NCBI GenBank assembly: GCA_028534125.1
Contig: CM052832.1
Span: forward strand, 24,368,001-24,432,000
Source: Lama glama
Lineage: Eukaryota
Direction of reading: 5' to 3'
Length of the DNA stretch: 64,000 nt
Shown here: piece after piece, positions 63,382 through 64,000 of the stretch
Numbering within the stretch: the first letter of the stretch is position 1
Layout of the letters: each line of letters begins with the position of its first letter
Program-made: the position numbers and the translations under genes
Notes under the pieces: generated by a model
Database searches by the model: none
Told to the model about the DNA's origin: nothing
Seen by the model: the letters and a program-made list of their open reading frames with translations, nothing else

Positions 63382-64000
63382 CTATTTCATTAAATTTTAG
63401 CAATTCTAATTCAGAATAGCATCGTATAGACAACATGTGGAATGTGTGTGCTATTAATTCGAACGTCTTATGGCATGTTCATTAGACAAATACATAATAT
63501 TTATAAAGTCTGTCCAGTAATTAAAAGAAATGGATGAATATGCGTCACTATTTTGCCTTTTTTTAGGAAAAGAAATAATTCGCAGTAAGCGTTTCTAATT
63601 ATTTCAGCAATATTTATAGTGCTTGAATGATAATATTTGTTGTTTCTGCCATTTAGATTTTATAGATAAACTTTGGACGGAAATACTTCTTTTCTCTTGA
63701 AACGTCTGCGCCTCTACACATACATTACAGGTTACTGAAACAACAATTTGGCCTTCAGCTGCAGTGAATAAAACTCTCCTTTATCCTCAGTTTGCTGAGG
63801 GCCTCTCTGATGACTTCTCTTATGGCCTTACAGAGATGTGAATGCTAATTAATATTTTAATGGAAAAAAATGTTGGTGAATAAAACTGTTAAATTTGAAG
63901 TGTGAATTATAAATTCACTTGGTTGCCCTGTTTTTAGAGTGCGTCCAGTATGCTGAGCTCTGTGCTAAACATTTCACTTGTAGCTAGTATTTAATTTTCC

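Overview
Mammalian genomic DNA, very probably camelid (alpaca/llama/camel), judged from a Vic-1-type tRNA-Ala-derived SINE at 63265-63381 and artiodactyl-type L1 3' ends. I found no protein-coding gene I can support. The listed ORFs are short chance frames or broken LINE-1 ORF2 remnants. The window looks like the interior of a large intron or an intergenic tract. It carries old mammal-wide repeats (MIR, L2, L1M, MER20, MER5, Charlie1, Tigger1, MLT1), younger lineage-specific L1 fragments with readable target-site duplications, two solo ERV LTRs (one nested in an L1), microsatellites and a 100-N assembly gap. All four clear LTRs lie on the minus strand, weakly suggesting a plus-strand host transcript that I cannot name. 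There are no prokaryotic features and I see no convincing new biological system. The best leads are an atypical tail-less internal L1 ORF2 insertion with an 11-bp TSD, a pre-miRNA-sized hairpin in unique sequence, two frame-compatible microexon candidates, a possible poison or UTR exon, an LTR with a triple CCAAT array and a small CpG-rich promoter-like patch. Repeat family names come from recalled consensus sequences, not a database search, and boundaries of old repeats are approximate.
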